Assembly (NCBI GenBank): GCA_902608415.1
Contig: CACLNZ010000001.1
Location: 17,768 to 81,767, forward strand
Length of the DNA stretch: 64,000 nt
DNA from: an uncultured PS1 clade bacterium
GTDB lineage: Bacteria > Pseudomonadota > Alphaproteobacteria > MED-G09
Reading direction: 5' to 3'
Shown one piece after another: positions 1 to 12,349 of this stretch. The translations under genes were made by a program, and so were the position numbers. Every line of letters starts with the position of its first letter. Within the stretch, counting starts at the first letter, position 1. The notes under the pieces are model-generated. The model was not told the origin of the DNA. It was given only the letters and a program-made list of their open reading frames with translations, and ran no database searches.

Positions 1-722
1 CTTTTAAATTTATTATTCCTCAAAACAAGAAAACTTATAATTTTTTTAAAAAATTGGGCTATGAAAATATTCAATTTTTTGGAAATATAAAACATGATGC
101 TGATATATTGCGGGTAAATAATAATAAATTAGAGAATCTAAAAAAATCTATCTTTGATAAAAATATAATTTTAGCTGTTTCAACACATGATGGTGAAGAA
201 GAAATTATATTTTCGTTATTTAATAGATTGAAGCTCGAAATTACAGACTTGATCTTAATTATAGCACCGAGGCACCCAGAAAGAGCTCAATCAATTTCTA
301 ATATGGCTTTAAAAAAAGGCTTTCTTAATAAAAATATAAAATTTCTCTCTAAGAATGAAGAGGTTTCAGGTGAAACAGAGTTTATAATTTATGATAAGAT
401 TGGCGAACTTGGCGAGCTCTATACTATAGCAGATTCTGTTATTCTAGGCGGTGCATTTAAAAATTATGGAGGTCACAACCCTTTTGAGCCGGCTAAATTT
501 TCTATTCCCGTATTTACTGGGCCAAATTTTTATAATTTTGAAGATGATTACAAAAATCTTTTAAAGGCTGAAGGTGCAGTTAATTTTACCGAAGAAAACT
601 TTATAAAATTATTTAAAGATAAAAAAAGTTTAATTGATATGGGGAAAAAAGCTGAGAGATGTGTAAATCAATTTGGCGGGGCATCAGAAGATATTTTCAA
701 TATAATAAAGGATATAAAATAA
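1..722 (+). CDS. waaA: 3-deoxy-D-manno-octulosonic acid transferase (KdtA/WaaA), C-terminal part; 5' end lies outside the window
   Basis: The open frame runs from nt 3 with no stop. Translation shows glycosyltransferase-30 (Kdo transferase) C-terminal motifs (IAPRHPER, GGHNPFEPA). The TAA stop at 720-722 overlaps the lpxK ATG in a TAATG arrangement. Confidence 0.8.
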   Translation, partial: FKFIIPQNKKTYNFFKKLGYENIQFFGNIKHDADILRVNNNKLENLKKSIFDKNIILAVSTHDGEEEIIFSLFNRLKLEITDLILIIAPRHPERAQSISNMALKKGFLNKNIKFLSKNEEVSGETEFIIYDKIGELGELYTIADSVILGGAFKNYGGHNPFEPAKFSIPVFTGPNFYNFEDDYKNLLKAEGAVNFTEENFIKLFKDKKSLIDMGKKAERCVNQFGGASEDIFNIIKDIK

Positions 723-1714
723 TGGATATTAAGTTTTGGTGGAAGAAAACTCCTAATTTTATGTTATTTATTAATTTCTTTTTTGATTTTTTAATTTTAA
801 TAAAAAACTTCTTCATAAAAAAATATCAATCAAGATTAAAGGTAATATGTGTCGGTAATTTTACTCTCGGAGGTTCTGGTAAAACACCCATGGTAAGATA
901 TCTTAGAGAGGTTCTGACAAAAAAAGGTTATGATTGCGCAGTTCTTCTTAGAGGATATAAAGGTAAATTTAAAGGCCCTATAATTGTTGATATCAATACT
1001 CATTTATCATCTGAAGTTGGTGATGAAGCCTTATTGCATGCCAAAGATGGTTTAACCATAGTTTCAAAAAGCAGAGTCGAAGGTTGCAAATATATTGAAA
1101 AACTTGATGTTGATTTAATTATACTTGATGATGGCTTTCAAAATCCAAGTTTAATTAAAGACTATAATCTAATTGTTGTTTCATCAAATAAAGGAATTGG
1201 TAACAAACTAATTTTTCCTTTTGGTCCTTTGAGAGAGTCAATTAGAAATGGCAGAGAAAAGGTGAATATGGTAATTAAGTTAATAAATTCAAAACAAGAT
1301 CATCATTCAATTTTATATGTTCATAAGTATTTTAGTAAAATTATAGATGCAGAGTATTTAACTAAAATTAATGAAGGTTTATCTGAAAATGTTATTGTTT
1401 TCACTGGTATAGCTGATCCTGATAAATTAGTATCTTCAATAATGAAGAATAATAAAGTTACTAGCTCTTTTATTCTTAAGGATCATCAAGAGATCAATGA
1501 AAGTCTTGCCAAAAAAATATTAATAAAATCTAAAGAAAATAATGCTGATATAATCACTACTGAAAAAGATATTGTAAGGCTTTTAGGGGCTAAAGAAGGT
1601 TCTTTTAAAGCTAGGCTATTTGCAAAATCAAATGTAGTAGATTTAGATATAAAAGCTGATGAAGAATTATTAATTAATGATATAGAAGATTCACTTAATA
1701 TAATTAGAAAATAG
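722..1714 (+). CDS. lpxK: tetraacyldisaccharide 4'-kinase (LpxK)
   Basis: P-loop VGNFTLGGSGKTP is typical of LpxK. The size fits and the gene follows waaA as in many Gram-negatives. The most likely start is ATG 722, which overlaps the waaA stop. The ORF track reports an earlier alternative start at 659. Confidence 0.85.
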   Translation: MDIKFWWKKTPNFMLFINFFFDFLILIKNFFIKKYQSRLKVICVGNFTLGGSGKTPMVRYLREVLTKKGYDCAVLLRGYKGKFKGPIIVDINTHLSSEVGDEALLHAKDGLTIVSKSRVEGCKYIEKLDVDLIILDDGFQNPSLIKDYNLIVVSSNKGIGNKLIFPFGPLRESIRNGREKVNMVIKLINSKQDHHSILYVHKYFSKIIDAEYLTKINEGLSENVIVFTGIADPDKLVSSIMKNNKVTSSFILKDHQEINESLAKKILIKSKENNADIITTEKDIVRLLGAKEGSFKARLFAKSNVVDLDIKADEELLINDIEDSLNIIRK

Positions 1715-2486
1715 CGTAACCGCCATCAACAATAAACATATCACCTGAATGATAAGCTGAAGCATCAGAGGCTAAATATGCTGCAATTCCAGAGAAATCC
1801 TTAGGCTCTCCCCATCTTCTCATTGGTACTCTACTTATTACTTTATCAGTGAATTTTTGATTATTTTGATTTATTGCTGTCATGTCAGTAGCAATCCACC
1901 CTGGTAGAATTGTATTTGCCCTTATTCCATATCTTGCATGCTCAACTGCAATTCCTTTAATCATTGAGATAACTCCACCTTTAGATGCTGAATAAGGTTG
2001 AGTTTTAGCTGCCCCTTCTATACCTGCTAAACTTGCTACACCTATTACAGAGCCACCAATATCTCCATTTTTAGCCCTTTCAACCATGTGTTTTGTTGTT
2101 TCTCTTAAAGTAAAAAAAACTCCATCTAAATTTACGGATAATACTTTTCTATAAGCATCAGTATTCATCTCTTCAAAAGATCCTCCAAAGACATTCATGC
2201 CTGCATTAGCAAAGACTGAGTCTATTCTTCCAAAATCATTCAGAACAGATTTAATATTATCTATTACCTCTTTTTCTTGTGATACATCAACTTCGTAGGT
2301 ATTAACTTTGATGTTATATTTAGATAATAAATTTTTGGATTCTTCGTTCTTTTCTTTATTTCTTCCCCAGATTGCTATCTTTGCGCCACATTCAGCTAAT
2401 CCCTCAGCCATTCCAAGTCCTATTCCACCATTTCCGCCTGTAATTAATGCGACTTTTTCTGATAAATCAAATATTCCTTTATTCAT
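1704..2486 (-). CDS. short-chain dehydrogenase/reductase (SDR) family oxidoreductase
   Basis: N-terminal TGGNGGIGLG dinucleotide-binding motif and a YSASKGG catalytic YxxxK. About 260 aa, a classical SDR length. Confidence 0.8.
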   Translation of the reverse strand: MNKGIFDLSEKVALITGGNGGIGLGMAEGLAECGAKIAIWGRNKEKNEESKNLLSKYNIKVNTYEVDVSQEKEVIDNIKSVLNDFGRIDSVFANAGMNVFGGSFEEMNTDAYRKVLSVNLDGVFFTLRETTKHMVERAKNGDIGGSVIGVASLAGIEGAAKTQPYSASKGGVISMIKGIAVEHARYGIRANTILPGWIATDMTAINQNNQKFTDKVISRVPMRRWGEPKDFSGIAAYLASDASAYHSGDMFIVDGGYAIF

Positions 2487-2528
2487 ATTCCTTGCCTTAT
2501 AATTTTTTTTACTAAATAAATAGATAAT

Positions 2529-2978
2529 ATGTTCATTAAAATTTTTCTTTTATTTTTCTTTTTATACAACAATAGCATATTTGCAGAGTCTTATATTAAT
2601 AATCTTGAAATTATTAATGATATCGGAAAGCCAATTCATTATCGTGTTGAGGTAGCAAAAACTAATGAGGAGCAAGTAAAAGGCCTCATGTACAGATTAG
2701 AGCTTAAAAAGAATGAAGGGATGCTTTTTTTATTTGATAATGAAAAAAAGACCTCATTTTGGATGAAAAATACATTTATTCCTTTAGATATTATTTTTAT
2801 AAACAAGAATGGTAGTATTAATAAGATTTATAAAAATTCTAAACCAAAAAGTTTGAAAAGGATAAAATCAAAGGGTAAGATTTTGGCAGTTTTAGAAATT
2901 AATGCAGGTGAAGCCAATAAAAACAATATTGGTAATAATTCATTTATTGATTTGGAAAAGTTTATTTCCTCTTCTTAG
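2529..2978 (+). CDS. secreted DUF192-family protein (signal peptide plus conserved GLMYR...GMLF...FWMKNT.IPLDIIF core)
   Basis: Hydrophobic N-terminus ending in FAES looks like a signal peptide. The central motif pattern matches the DUF192/COG1430 family. Confidence 0.55.
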   Translation: MFIKIFLLFFFLYNNSIFAESYINNLEIINDIGKPIHYRVEVAKTNEEQVKGLMYRLELKKNEGMLFLFDNEKKTSFWMKNTFIPLDIIFINKNGSINKIYKNSKPKSLKRIKSKGKILAVLEINAGEANKNNIGNNSFIDLEKFISSS

Positions 2979-3448
2979 TTGTATGAAACTTTTATAATTT
3001 CATAAGATTTGCCTCCACCTGGAGTATTTACATCTACTTCATCACCAACAGATTTTCCAATAAGTGCTTTTGCTATTGGGGAAGAAATAGAAATCTTTTT
3101 TTCCTTAAAATCAGACTCTATATCTCCCACTATCTGGTAATTTGCTTCCTCGTCAGTATCAAGATCAATTAATAAGACTTTTGCCCCAAACTTTATGTCT
3201 TTACCAGTTAATTTACTCGGATCTATTACTTCTGCTTTACTTAGTAAATTTTCAAGTTCCATTATCCTCGTTTCATTATGTGCTTGCTCTTCTTTTGCAG
3301 CATGATATTCAGCATTTTCTGATAAATCTCCATGAGCTCTCGCTTCTGCAATAGAATTAATAATTCTTGGTCGTTCGATAGTTTTAAGATTTTTGAGTTC
3401 ATCTTCCACCTTTAATTTTCCATCGCTTGTTATTGGTATTTTTTCCAT
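2975..3448 (-). CDS. greA: transcription elongation factor GreA
   Basis: 157 aa. Near-collinear with E. coli GreA, including the [17 protein letters not shown] coiled-coil motif and the C-terminal FKBP-like domain (VNTPGG...YEIIKV). Confidence 0.9.
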   Translation of the reverse strand: MEKIPITSDGKLKVEDELKNLKTIERPRIINSIAEARAHGDLSENAEYHAAKEEQAHNETRIMELENLLSKAEVIDPSKLTGKDIKFGAKVLLIDLDTDEEANYQIVGDIESDFKEKKISISSPIAKALIGKSVGDEVDVNTPGGGKSYEIIKVSYN

Positions 3449-3497
3449 AATAATTCTCTTTACTTATTATGCTTTAAAGAAAAAAATTATTCAAACC

Positions 3498-6400
3498 TTA
3501 CTTTTTATATGATTGGATTGTATTAACATCCATTTGACCGTCCTTAATAGCCTTTATCCCTGAAACTGCAGCAATAGCTCCAGAAACGGTTGTATAATAA
3601 GGTACGCTATTTTCAAGAGAGGATCGTCTTATTGATTTAGAGTCTTTGATTGCTTGAGGTGTTTCTGTTGTATTAAATACAAGTGCAATATTATTTTTTG
3701 TGATTTCATCAACAATATGAGGGCTTCCCTGAAGTACTTTATTTATTCTTTTTGTATTTATTCCTTTTTCCTCTAAAAAATCACATGTACCGCCAGTAGC
3801 CAAGATTGAAAAACCTATATCTTCTAGCTCTTTAACTGGTTTATAAATTTTTTCTTTATCAGTATCTTTTACTGAAACAAATACAATTCCTTCAATTGGA
3901 ACATTGGTTCCTCCCGCTATCTGACTTTTTGCAAATGCAATACCAAATTCTTTATCTATTCCCATAACTTCGCCAGTTGATCTCATTTCAGGACCTAAAA
4001 TAGTATCCACTCCAGGAAATCTTTTAAATGGAAAAACTGCCTCTTTAACAGCAATATGCTCTAATTTCTTATCCTCGTAATCGAGATCTTTCAATTGAGT
4101 ACCAGCCATAATTTTTGTAGCAATTTTAGCTATTGGATTCCCAGAGACTTTTGCAACAAAGGGAACGGTTCTACTTGCTCTTGGATTAACTTCAAGGATA
4201 AAAATGTCATTATCTTTAATTGCAAACTGGGCATTCATTAGACCTTTTACGTTCATTGCCTTTGCAATTTTTATAACATTTCTTTTCAATTCAGCGATAA
4301 TTCCTTCATTTAATGAGAATGGTGGCATAGAGCATGCAGAGTCTCCTGAATGAACACCAGCTTCTTCAATATGTTCTAAAATCCCAGCAATATAGAAATC
4401 TTTACCATCTGATAGAGTATCAATATCAACTTCAATTGCATCTCGTAAATAAGAATCTATTAGAACTGGGCTCGATCCAGACACTATTACAGCCTCATTT
4501 ATATATTTTTTAAGCTGATCTTCAGAATGAACTATTTCCATAGCTCTCCCTCCAAGAACATACGACGGTCTTATTACAACCGGATAACCAACTTCATTTG
4601 CAATATTTATTGCCTCATCTGCCGATTTAGCAATGCCATTATTTGGTTGTTTTATTTGAAGTTCCTCCATTAGATTTTTAAAACGATCTCTATCTTCTGC
4701 TAAATCAATAGCATCTTGATCAGTTCCTAATATTTTTATTGGAATATTATTAACTTCAAAATCTTTAGAGAGTTTTAAAGGAGTTTGCCCACCAAATTGA
4801 ACTATTGCGCCAAGAAGATCACCTTTTTTAGATTCAATGTTTATTATCTCTGAAACATCTTCAAGGGTTAAAGGCTCAAAATATAATCGATCAGATGTAT
4901 CATAATCAGTTGATACAGTTTCAGGGTTGCAATTAATCATTATGCTTTCAATTTTTAATTCTGCAAGAGCGAATGAGGCATGACAGCAGCAATAATCAAA
5001 TTCTATTCCTTGCCCAATTCTATTTGGTCCTCCACCAAGGATAATTACCTTTTTATTTTTAGTTGGAAAAGACTCACAGTATTCATTTTCATTATAAATA
5101 TCTCCCACATATGTTGAATACATATAATCTGTTTTTGTTTCAAATTCTGCAGCGCATGTATCAACCTTTTTATAAACAGGTCTTAAACCTAATTTAATTC
5201 TTTCATTTCTAACAATTGACTCTTCATCATCAATTAATTTGGCTAGACGCGAGTCAGAAAAACCCATTGATTTAATTAATTTAAAATTCTCTTTATCTTT
5301 TGGTAATCCGTCTTTTTGAATAAGATTTTCCCAAAGAATAATTTCTTCTATTTGCCTTAAAAACCATGGATCATAAAAGGTAATCGAATTTATTTCTTCA
5401 ACTGTAAGCCCAGATCTAAATGCTTCTGCGATATATAATAATCTCTCAGGGCAAGCAATTTTAAGGTTCTTTTTTATCTCTTCTTTTGTGAATCCATTTT
5501 CGGATAACTCATTAAAACCCTCAAGGTCGTTCTCAAGAGACCTTAATCCTTTTTGTATAGATTCTTGAAAATTTCCACCTATAGACATTGCCTCACCAAC
5601 TGATTTCATTGATGTAGTTAATGTGGATTCTGATCCTGGAAATTTTTCAAAAGCAAATCTGGGTATTTTTGTAACAACATAATCAATTGTAGGTTCAAAT
5701 GAGGCAGGTGTTGTCGTTGTAATATCGTTAACCAATTCATCAAGGCTATAACCAACTGCTAATAGCGCTGCTATCTTAGCTATTGGAAAACCTGTAGCTT
5801 TTGAGGCAAGGGCAGATGATCTAGAAACTCTTGGGTTCATTTCAATTATAACAATTCTTCCATCTTTTGGATTAACAGCAAATTGAACATTAGAACCGCC
5901 GGTATCTACTCCTATTTCTCTTAAGGTTTTTATTGATGCATTTCTAAGCTCTTGATATTCCCTGTCTGTTAACGTCAATGCTGGTGCAACTGTTATTGAG
6001 TCACCAGTATGAACGCCCATGGGATCAATATTTTCAATTGAACAAATTATTATGCAGTTGTCAGATTTATCTCTAACAACTTCCATTTCAAATTCTTTCC
6101 ATCCTATAACTGACTCTTCAACTAGAACTTCACTGTTAGGTGAGTTTTTTAATCCATCACCAACAATTTGATTAAATTCTTCAGCATTATAAGCTATCCC
6201 ACCTCCTGTTCCACCAAGTGTAAAAGAAGGCCTTATTATTGCAGGTAACCCAATACTATTAATTTTATCATTAGCTTCTTCAAGTGTATGAGCAATAAAG
6301 GATTTAGGTGTTTCCAGCCCAATAGAATTCATTGCCACTCTAAATTCTTCTCTATTTTCAGCTTTTGAAATTGCTTCTTTATTTGCACCAATTAATTCAA

Positions 6401-6737
6401 CATTATTTTTTTCAAGAAAACCTGAACTTGCAATTTCTAGAGATACATTTAAGGCTGTTTGACCCCCCATTGTCGGCAATAAAGCATCTGGTTTTTCCTT
6501 TAATATTATTTTTTCAATAATTTCGCTAGTAATAGGCTCGATATAGGTTGCGTCAGCAACCTCCGGATCTGTCATAATAGTTGCAGGATTGGAATTAACT
6601 AGAATGATTCTATAACCTTCTTTCTTAAGAGCTTTACATGCTTGTGTTCCTGAATAATCGAATTCGCAAGCTTGACCAATTATAATTGGGCCAGCGCCTA
6701 TAATTAATATACTTTTGATATCCTCTCTTTTAGGCAT
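3498..6737 (-). CDS. carB: carbamoyl-phosphate synthase large subunit (CarB)
   Basis: The N-terminus [30 protein letters not shown] is almost identical to the CarB consensus. Duplicated ATP-grasp halves and a C-terminal MGS-like domain are present. The true start is probably ATG at 6737, because the ORF-track start at 6752 is a TTG. It overlaps the carA stop by 8 nt. Confidence 0.95.
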   Translation of the reverse strand: MPKREDIKSILIIGAGPIIIGQACEFDYSGTQACKALKKEGYRIILVNSNPATIMTDPEVADATYIEPITSEIIEKIILKEKPDALLPTMGGQTALNVSLEIASSGFLEKNNVELIGANKEAISKAENREEFRVAMNSIGLETPKSFIAHTLEEANDKINSIGLPAIIRPSFTLGGTGGGIAYNAEEFNQIVGDGLKNSPNSEVLVEESVIGWKEFEMEVVRDKSDNCIIICSIENIDPMGVHTGDSITVAPALTLTDREYQELRNASIKTLREIGVDTGGSNVQFAVNPKDGRIVIIEMNPRVSRSSALASKATGFPIAKIAALLAVGYSLDELVNDITTTTPASFEPTIDYVVTKIPRFAFEKFPGSESTLTTSMKSVGEAMSIGGNFQESIQKGLRSLENDLEGFNELSENGFTKEEIKKNLKIACPERLLYIAEAFRSGLTVEEINSITFYDPWFLRQIEEIILWENLIQKDGLPKDKENFKLIKSMGFSDSRLAKLIDDEESIVRNERIKLGLRPVYKKVDTCAAEFETKTDYMYSTYVGDIYNENEYCESFPTKNKKVIILGGGPNRIGQGIEFDYCCCHASFALAELKIESIMINCNPETVSTDYDTSDRLYFEPLTLEDVSEIINIESKKGDLLGAIVQFGGQTPLKLSKDFEVNNIPIKILGTDQDAIDLAEDRDRFKNLMEELQIKQPNNGIAKSADEAINIANEVGYPVVIRPSYVLGGRAMEIVHSEDQLKKYINEAVIVSGSSPVLIDSYLRDAIEVDIDTLSDGKDFYIAGILEHIEEAGVHSGDSACSMPPFSLNEGIIAELKRNVIKIAKAMNVKGLMNAQFAIKDNDIFILEVNPRASRTVPFVAKVSGNPIAKIATKIMAGTQLKDLDYEDKKLEHIAVKEAVFPFKRFPGVDTILGPEMRSTGEVMGIDKEFGIAFAKSQIAGGTNVPIEGIVFVSVKDTDKEKIYKPVKELEDIGFSILATGGTCDFLEEKGINTKRINKVLQGSPHIVDEITKNNIALVFNTTETPQAIKDSKSIRRSSLENSVPYYTTVSGAIAAVSGIKAIKDGQMDVNTIQSYKK

Positions 6738-7893
6738 TCTTATGTTTCTCAATATTTTCTAAAAATTTATCAAATAAATAATAGCTATCATTTGGTCCAG
6801 GCGATGCTTCAGGATGATGTTGAACTGAAAAAATTGGTTTATTAACCATTTCAATTCCACAATTACTACCATCAAATAAACTAGTATGAGTTTCTATAAT
6901 ATCTTCTGGTAAATTATCACTTCTGACGGCAAAACCGTGATTCATGGATGTTATACTCACACTTGAGTCATAATTATTTTTTACTGGATGATTTGCGCCA
7001 TGGTGACCTTGATGCATCTTATAAGTTTCCAATCCTAATGTTAATGCAAGTAATTGATGCCCAAGACAAATACCAAATATTGGTATATTTGAGTCAATTA
7101 GTTTTTTGATTACAGGAATTGCATATTCTCCGGTAGCGCTTGGATCACCAGGACCATTTGATAAGAAAACTCCATCAGGCTTTAAATTAATAATATCACT
7201 ATATGGTGAAGTACAAGGAACCAATGATATTTTTTCAAATCTTGAAGATAAACATCTTAATATGTTCTTTTTCACTCCATAATCCAAAACAACAACATGA
7301 GCATTAATTTTCTTTCTATTAATCTTACTGTTATAAATATTAATTTCTTTTTCATCCCATAAGATTTTTTCTTTACAGGTTACAAGTTTGGCAAGGTCTT
7401 GCTCATTTATTCCTTTAAACATTTTAGTGTCTTCTAAATAATTTTCAAATTTTTCAATACCATTATTATCATGAACTATAGTGCCATTTATAAGTCCTTT
7501 TTCTCTAATTAAATTAGTTAGAGCTCTTGTATCGATTCCATAAATACCAACTATTGAATTATCCTTTAGCCAATTGTCTAAATTAATTTCAGATCTCCAA
7601 TTTGAAGGGTCAGTTATTAGGGATCGAAATATTGCACCGCTAATATAAGGTTGGTCTGAGCTTTCATTATCTTCTAGATTTAGACCTACATTACCTATAT
7701 GAGGAAATGTAAAAGTAATTATTTGCGAACAATAAGATGGGTCCGTCATGATTTCTTGGTAGCCTGATATTGCAGTATTAAAGCAAACTTCTCCTGAAGA
7801 TCTTCCAATGGCCCCAAATCCAAAACCTTTGAAAATTGTACCATCATTCAATACTAACGCGCCCGTTGGTTTTTTTGAAATCCAATTTACCAT
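6730..7893 (-). CDS. carA: carbamoyl-phosphate synthase small subunit (CarA, glutamine amidotransferase)
   Basis: CPSase small-chain N-domain plus a class-I GATase with the GICLGHQLL catalytic Cys motif. Lies immediately upstream of carB. Confidence 0.9.
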   Translation of the reverse strand: MVNWISKKPTGALVLNDGTIFKGFGFGAIGRSSGEVCFNTAISGYQEIMTDPSYCSQIITFTFPHIGNVGLNLEDNESSDQPYISGAIFRSLITDPSNWRSEINLDNWLKDNSIVGIYGIDTRALTNLIREKGLINGTIVHDNNGIEKFENYLEDTKMFKGINEQDLAKLVTCKEKILWDEKEINIYNSKINRKKINAHVVVLDYGVKKNILRCLSSRFEKISLVPCTSPYSDIINLKPDGVFLSNGPGDPSATGEYAIPVIKKLIDSNIPIFGICLGHQLLALTLGLETYKMHQGHHGANHPVKNNYDSSVSITSMNHGFAVRSDNLPEDIIETHTSLFDGSNCGIEMVNKPIFSVQHHPEASPGPNDSYYLFDKFLENIEKHKNA

Positions 7894-8135
7894 GCGATTG
7901 ACCTTATAAAAAAACGAAAAAAATATGGATTTATCAAAAGTGGTTTAGGAATAAAAATATTAAATAGGCTCATCAAATTTTTCTCAGTAAAAAGATAATT
8001 GAAAACGAATCAATTATTTTAAACACAAATTGACGAAATCTATAAATACTAAACGAGTGAGTCAAGAAACAAATCAAATGGTGATTTTTTTTTTAATATT
8101 ATATATCCTTAATAACTTAGATATTGGAGTGATAA

Positions 8136-8594
8136 ATGCTTAAAGCTAAACTAAAAGATGAATTGATTTCATCAATGAAAGAAAAAAATCAGTTGAGGGT
8201 TTCAACTCTTAGGATGATCAATGCATCTATTAAGGATTTAGAAATCAGTCAAAGGATAAATAAGCAAGCTGAAGACATTTCAGATAATGATATAATTGGG
8301 ATTCTTGTTAAAATGGTAAAACAAAGAAAAGAATCTGCTGAAACTTTTAAGCAAGGTAATAGAGATGATTTATTTAAAAAGGAGTTAGAAGAAATTAAAA
8401 TCATTGAGGAGTTTTTGCCAAAACAGCTATCAGAAGCTGAGGTCATTAAAATAATTGAAGATTTAATTTCACAAAATAATATATCAGATATTAGTGGGAT
8501 GGGTTTAATAATGTCTGAGCTCAAAAAAAAATATTCTGGACAATTAGATTTAGGTTTGGCTTCTAAAATAATTAAGGATAGAATTAATTCTTGA
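8136..8594 (+). CDS. yqeY: GatB/YqeY domain protein
   Basis: 152 aa with the typical YqeY layout. Sits upstream of dnaG-rpoD, with its stop overlapping the dnaG start. Confidence 0.75.
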   Translation: MLKAKLKDELISSMKEKNQLRVSTLRMINASIKDLEISQRINKQAEDISDNDIIGILVKMVKQRKESAETFKQGNRDDLFKKELEEIKIIEEFLPKQLSEAEVIKIIEDLISQNNISDISGMGLIMSELKKKYSGQLDLGLASKIIKDRINS

Positions 8595-10423
8595 GGAATA
8601 AAATAGTAATGAAATTTTCGAAATCCCTTCTAGATGAAATCAAAAACAAAATAGAAATATCTGATGTTGTTGGAAAAAGAGTAACGCTTCAAAAAAGAGG
8701 TAAAGAATTTGTAGGTTTATCACCTTTTCAGAATGAAAAAACACCTTCCTTTACTGTAAATAATGAAAAGCAATTTTATCACTGTTTTTCTTCGAATAAG
8801 CATGGAGATATTTTTACATTTCTTGTTGATGTAGAGGGGCTTTCATTTCCTCAAGCGGTTGAGCAACTAGCAGAACAAGCTGGTGTCGAATTAAGAGCGT
8901 TAACCAAAGATGAAGAAAAAAAAATTTCTGGTAGAAAAAAACTTTATTCTATTATGGAACTGGCAAATGATTTTTTTATGAACAATCTATTAAGTGATAA
9001 TAGAGCTTTAGGTTATCTAAATGAAAGAGGAATAAATAAGGAAGTAATTTCAGAATATAAAATTGGTTATGCAAAAGATAACTTTTCTTCACTTCATAAA
9101 TATCTCTTAGATAAAGGCATATCGAATGAAGATATATTGCTTGCAGGATTAATTATTAAAAGTGAAAAGAAAACAAATAGTTACTATGATCGTTATAGAG
9201 ATCGAATAATATTTCCGATTACTAATACATATGGAAAAATTGTTGGCTTTGGAGGAAGAGTTATAAATGAAGATGATAAACCTAAATATATGAACTCTCC
9301 TGAAACAGAAATATTTCACAAAGGTAATTTATTATACAATTATTCAAATATAAAATCTCCAGTAAAAGAAATAGATAATCTTGTTGTTGTAGAGGGTTAT
9401 ATGGATGCTATAAGTTTATGTTCTCTGGGCTTTAAAAATGTTGTTGCCCCATTAGGTACGGCTATGACAGAAAGACAACTCAATTTAATTTGGGATTTAG
9501 TCGACTCACCAATTATATGTTTTGATGGAGATAAAGCAGGAAAAAAGGCAGCAGAGAGAATAATTGAACTGGCTATCCCAAATTTAAAACCAGGAAAGAA
9601 TATAAGGTTCATAAATCTGAATGATGATTTAGATCCCGATGATTTTGTGAAAAAAAATGGAATAAAATCTTTTTTTAGGCTAGCTAAAAATTCTACTTCA
9701 CTAAATGATCAAATTTGGAGAAATTATTTAAATAAAGTAGATATTTCAACTCCTGAAGGTAAGGCAAATTTAGAGAAAGAACTGCGCTCTTTATTAAGAC
9801 TTGTAGGAGATAAAAACATAAGAAAACATTATGGCTTATTTTTTAAAGAGTCTTTGGATAAGATTTTTTATAATAATAAGTCAAATTTTGTGCCTTTAAA
9901 TAGAAAAAATAAATCAAACATACTTGATAAAATAAAAATTAAAGATAGTAAGGTTGGGTCAGGAGAAAGAATTCCCTCCGGGCTTGAAACATTATTAATT
10001 TCAGGGATTTTAATTTATCCAGAAATTATTGAAAGTAATATTGAAGAATTTGAATCTCTTATTATAAATCATACTCTTCTTGATCAAGTAAGAAACGAAA
10101 TATTAGATTTATTTATTACTGAAAAATCACCTGATTTAGTAACGATTAAGAGTTTTATAAGTAAAAACTATAACAAGATTTTAAAAAAGGAATTAAAATT
10201 TTCAAAGAAATACTGGTCTAACCATGAAAATTCCACTATAGAAACTATTTCATCAATTTGGATTGAAATATTTGAAGATGATCAACATATTAAGTCTTTA
10301 GAAATTGAAATCAACAATTTTGATAAGAATGTTAAAGATGACAATAATGAAAAAAGGTTGATAAGTATTTTAGAGAAGAAAGACTTTGAATCAAAAAAAA
10401 TAACTGAAAAATATGGCCAATAA
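8591..10423 (+). CDS. dnaG: DNA primase DnaG
   Basis: CHC2 zinc-finger region ([14 protein letters not shown]) and a Toprim domain (VVEGYMD...DGDKAG). 610 aa. Confidence 0.9.
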   Translation: MRNKIVMKFSKSLLDEIKNKIEISDVVGKRVTLQKRGKEFVGLSPFQNEKTPSFTVNNEKQFYHCFSSNKHGDIFTFLVDVEGLSFPQAVEQLAEQAGVELRALTKDEEKKISGRKKLYSIMELANDFFMNNLLSDNRALGYLNERGINKEVISEYKIGYAKDNFSSLHKYLLDKGISNEDILLAGLIIKSEKKTNSYYDRYRDRIIFPITNTYGKIVGFGGRVINEDDKPKYMNSPETEIFHKGNLLYNYSNIKSPVKEIDNLVVVEGYMDAISLCSLGFKNVVAPLGTAMTERQLNLIWDLVDSPIICFDGDKAGKKAAERIIELAIPNLKPGKNIRFINLNDDLDPDDFVKKNGIKSFFRLAKNSTSLNDQIWRNYLNKVDISTPEGKANLEKELRSLLRLVGDKNIRKHYGLFFKESLDKIFYNNKSNFVPLNRKNKSNILDKIKIKDSKVGSGERIPSGLETLLISGILIYPEIIESNIEEFESLIINHTLLDQVRNEILDLFITEKSPDLVTIKSFISKNYNKILKKELKFSKKYWSNHENSTIETISSIWIEIFEDDQHIKSLEIEINNFDKNVKDDNNEKRLISILEKKDFESKKITEKYGQ

Positions 10424-12332
10424 AAGAAAAAGTAAAAAAACAGATAATCAAAGCCAAGGCTCTGAATCAGCTTTATTAGATATGTCTAATAGAGATGTAA
10501 AGAAGATGATAAAGGCTGCAAAGTCACAAGGGTTTGTAACTTATGAACAGTTGAATAAAGTGACATCTACTGAAAACCTTTCTTCAGAGCAAATAGAAGA
10601 TGTTATGTCTATGCTTTCTGAAATGGGTATTAATGTTATTGAAAATGAAGAAGAAGAACAATCAACTGAAGTAACTTCAAAAATAAAGAAAACCACTGAA
10701 AGAACTGATAGAACTGATGATCCAGTTAGAATGTATTTACGTGAGATGGGTTCTGTAGATCTTCTATCAAGAGAGGGTGAAATAGCCATTGCTAAAAGAA
10801 TTGAAGCAGGAAAAGAAGCAATGATTGAAGGGTTATGTGAGAGTCCATTAACATTCCAAGCCATAATTATTTGGAGAGACGAACTTAATGAGGGCCAGGT
10901 CCTTTTGAGAGATATTATCGATTTAGAGGCTTCATATGAAGGACCAGATGCAAAAAATAAAAAAATTGTTGTTGAAAAAGCAAATGATGAAAAACAAGAA
11001 AAAGATGATAACGAAGAGGTTGAAACTGAAGGGTCTGATAACGATGAAAATGATTATGATAATAATCTATCACTAGCCGCTATGGAGGCTGAGCTAAAGC
11101 CTAGTGTTTTTAATATTTTTGACTCTATTTCCGATAAATATAAAAAACTTAGAAAGCTTCAAGACAAAAGAAATGAATTTAAGAAACAAAAGAAAGATTT
11201 AACCTCACGTCAACTGGATACTTACAATGAATATTCTTCTGAATTGAAAGATTTAATGAAGAAATTATCCTTAAATCCAAATAGAATAGAAGCACTTCTT
11301 GATCACTTATATGATATTAATAAAAGGTTAGTAGATTTAGAGATTTCTTTATGGAAGCTTGCCAATTATTCTGGGATAGATCGTAAAGATTTCTTGAAAG
11401 AATATCATGGTAATGAATTAGATCCTACTTGGATAAACCGAGTTGTAAGACTAAAAAGAGATGGATGGCAAAATTTTGTTAAAGAAAATAGAAAAAGTAT
11501 CAAATCTATTTTTTCAGATATCCATGATCTTTCAGATGAGACTGGTCTTGAGATAGAAGAATTTAGGAAAATAGTCTTAAAAGTTCAAAAAGGCGAGAGA
11601 GAAGCAGCTGTTGCAAAAAAAGAAATGGTTGAGGCTAATTTAAGATTAGTAATATCTATTGCAAAAAAATATACAAATCGAGGGTTACAGTTTCTAGACC
11701 TAATTCAAGAAGGAAATATTGGCTTAATGAAGGCAGTAGATAAATTTGAATATAGAAGAGGCTATAAATTTTCAACATATGCCACTTGGTGGATAAGGCA
11801 AGCCATTACTAGATCTATTGCAGATCAAGCAAGAACTATTAGAATTCCGGTTCACATGATTGAAACAATCAATAAATTGGTAAGAACATCAAGACAAATT
11901 CTTCATGAAATAGGTAGAGAGCCTACGCCAGAGGAATTATCTGAAAAACTCCAAATGCCTCTTGATAAAGTTAGAAAAGTATTAAAAATTGCTAAAGAGC
12001 CTATATCTCTTGAGACGCCAGTCGGAGATGAAGAGGATAGCTATTTGGGTGACTTTATTGAAGATAAAAATGTTTTACTTCCTGTAGATGCTGCAATACA
12101 AGCAAATTTAAGAGAGACTACAACAAAGGTTCTTGCAATGTTAACACCAAGGGAAGAGAGAGTTTTAAGAATGAGGTTTGGTATTGGAATGAATACCGAT
12201 CATACTCTTGAAGAAGTAGGGCAGCAATTTTCAGTTACAAGAGAGAGAATAAGACAAATAGAAGCGAAAGCTTTGAGAAAATTAAAGCATCCTACTAGAT
12301 CAAAAAAATTACGTAGCTTTCTTGATAATTAA
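10413..12332 (+). CDS. rpoD: RNA polymerase primary sigma factor RpoD (sigma-70)
   Basis: Regions 1.2 through 4.2 are recognisable, including the region 2.4 [12 protein letters not shown] motif. There is a long acidic non-conserved insert typical of primary sigma factors. Follows dnaG as in the macromolecular synthesis operon. Confidence 0.95.
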   Translation: MANKRKSKKTDNQSQGSESALLDMSNRDVKKMIKAAKSQGFVTYEQLNKVTSTENLSSEQIEDVMSMLSEMGINVIENEEEEQSTEVTSKIKKTTERTDRTDDPVRMYLREMGSVDLLSREGEIAIAKRIEAGKEAMIEGLCESPLTFQAIIIWRDELNEGQVLLRDIIDLEASYEGPDAKNKKIVVEKANDEKQEKDDNEEVETEGSDNDENDYDNNLSLAAMEAELKPSVFNIFDSISDKYKKLRKLQDKRNEFKKQKKDLTSRQLDTYNEYSSELKDLMKKLSLNPNRIEALLDHLYDINKRLVDLEISLWKLANYSGIDRKDFLKEYHGNELDPTWINRVVRLKRDGWQNFVKENRKSIKSIFSDIHDLSDETGLEIEEFRKIVLKVQKGEREAAVAKKEMVEANLRLVISIAKKYTNRGLQFLDLIQEGNIGLMKAVDKFEYRRGYKFSTYATWWIRQAITRSIADQARTIRIPVHMIETINKLVRTSRQILHEIGREPTPEELSEKLQMPLDKVRKVLKIAKEPISLETPVGDEEDSYLGDFIEDKNVLLPVDAAIQANLRETTTKVLAMLTPREERVLRMRFGIGMNTDHTLEEVGQQFSVTRERIRQIEAKALRKLKHPTRSKKLRSFLDN

Positions 12333-12349
12333 AATATAAAAGATTATAG

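Noticed and set aside
2308-2502. Antisense small ORFs inside larger genes: 2308-2502 (64 aa), 3142-3354, 8249-8524, 9397-9612, 10541-10864, 13355-13588, 15682-16020, 20262-20513, 20969-21220, 22192-22494, 22587-22778, 22860-23105, 25789-25986, 27170-27418, 28615-28806, 29011-29826, 33107-33388, 34943-35254, 37523-37705, 39969-40157, 41180-41386, 42286-42549, 46317-46942, 51371-51718, 52110-52406, 53243-53428, 55311-55517, 55926-56114, 56739-57011, 57949-58188, 62271-62598
   Set aside because: All lie entirely within, and antisense or out of frame to, long ORFs with strong family signatures. They have low-complexity or compositionally odd translations and no motifs. They are what AT-rich DNA is expected to produce.
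8030-8047. TTGACG followed closely by TATAAAT in the carA/yqeY spacer as a sigma-70 promoter
   Set aside because: The spacer between the hexamers is only about 5 nt, which is incompatible with a functional -35/-10 pair.
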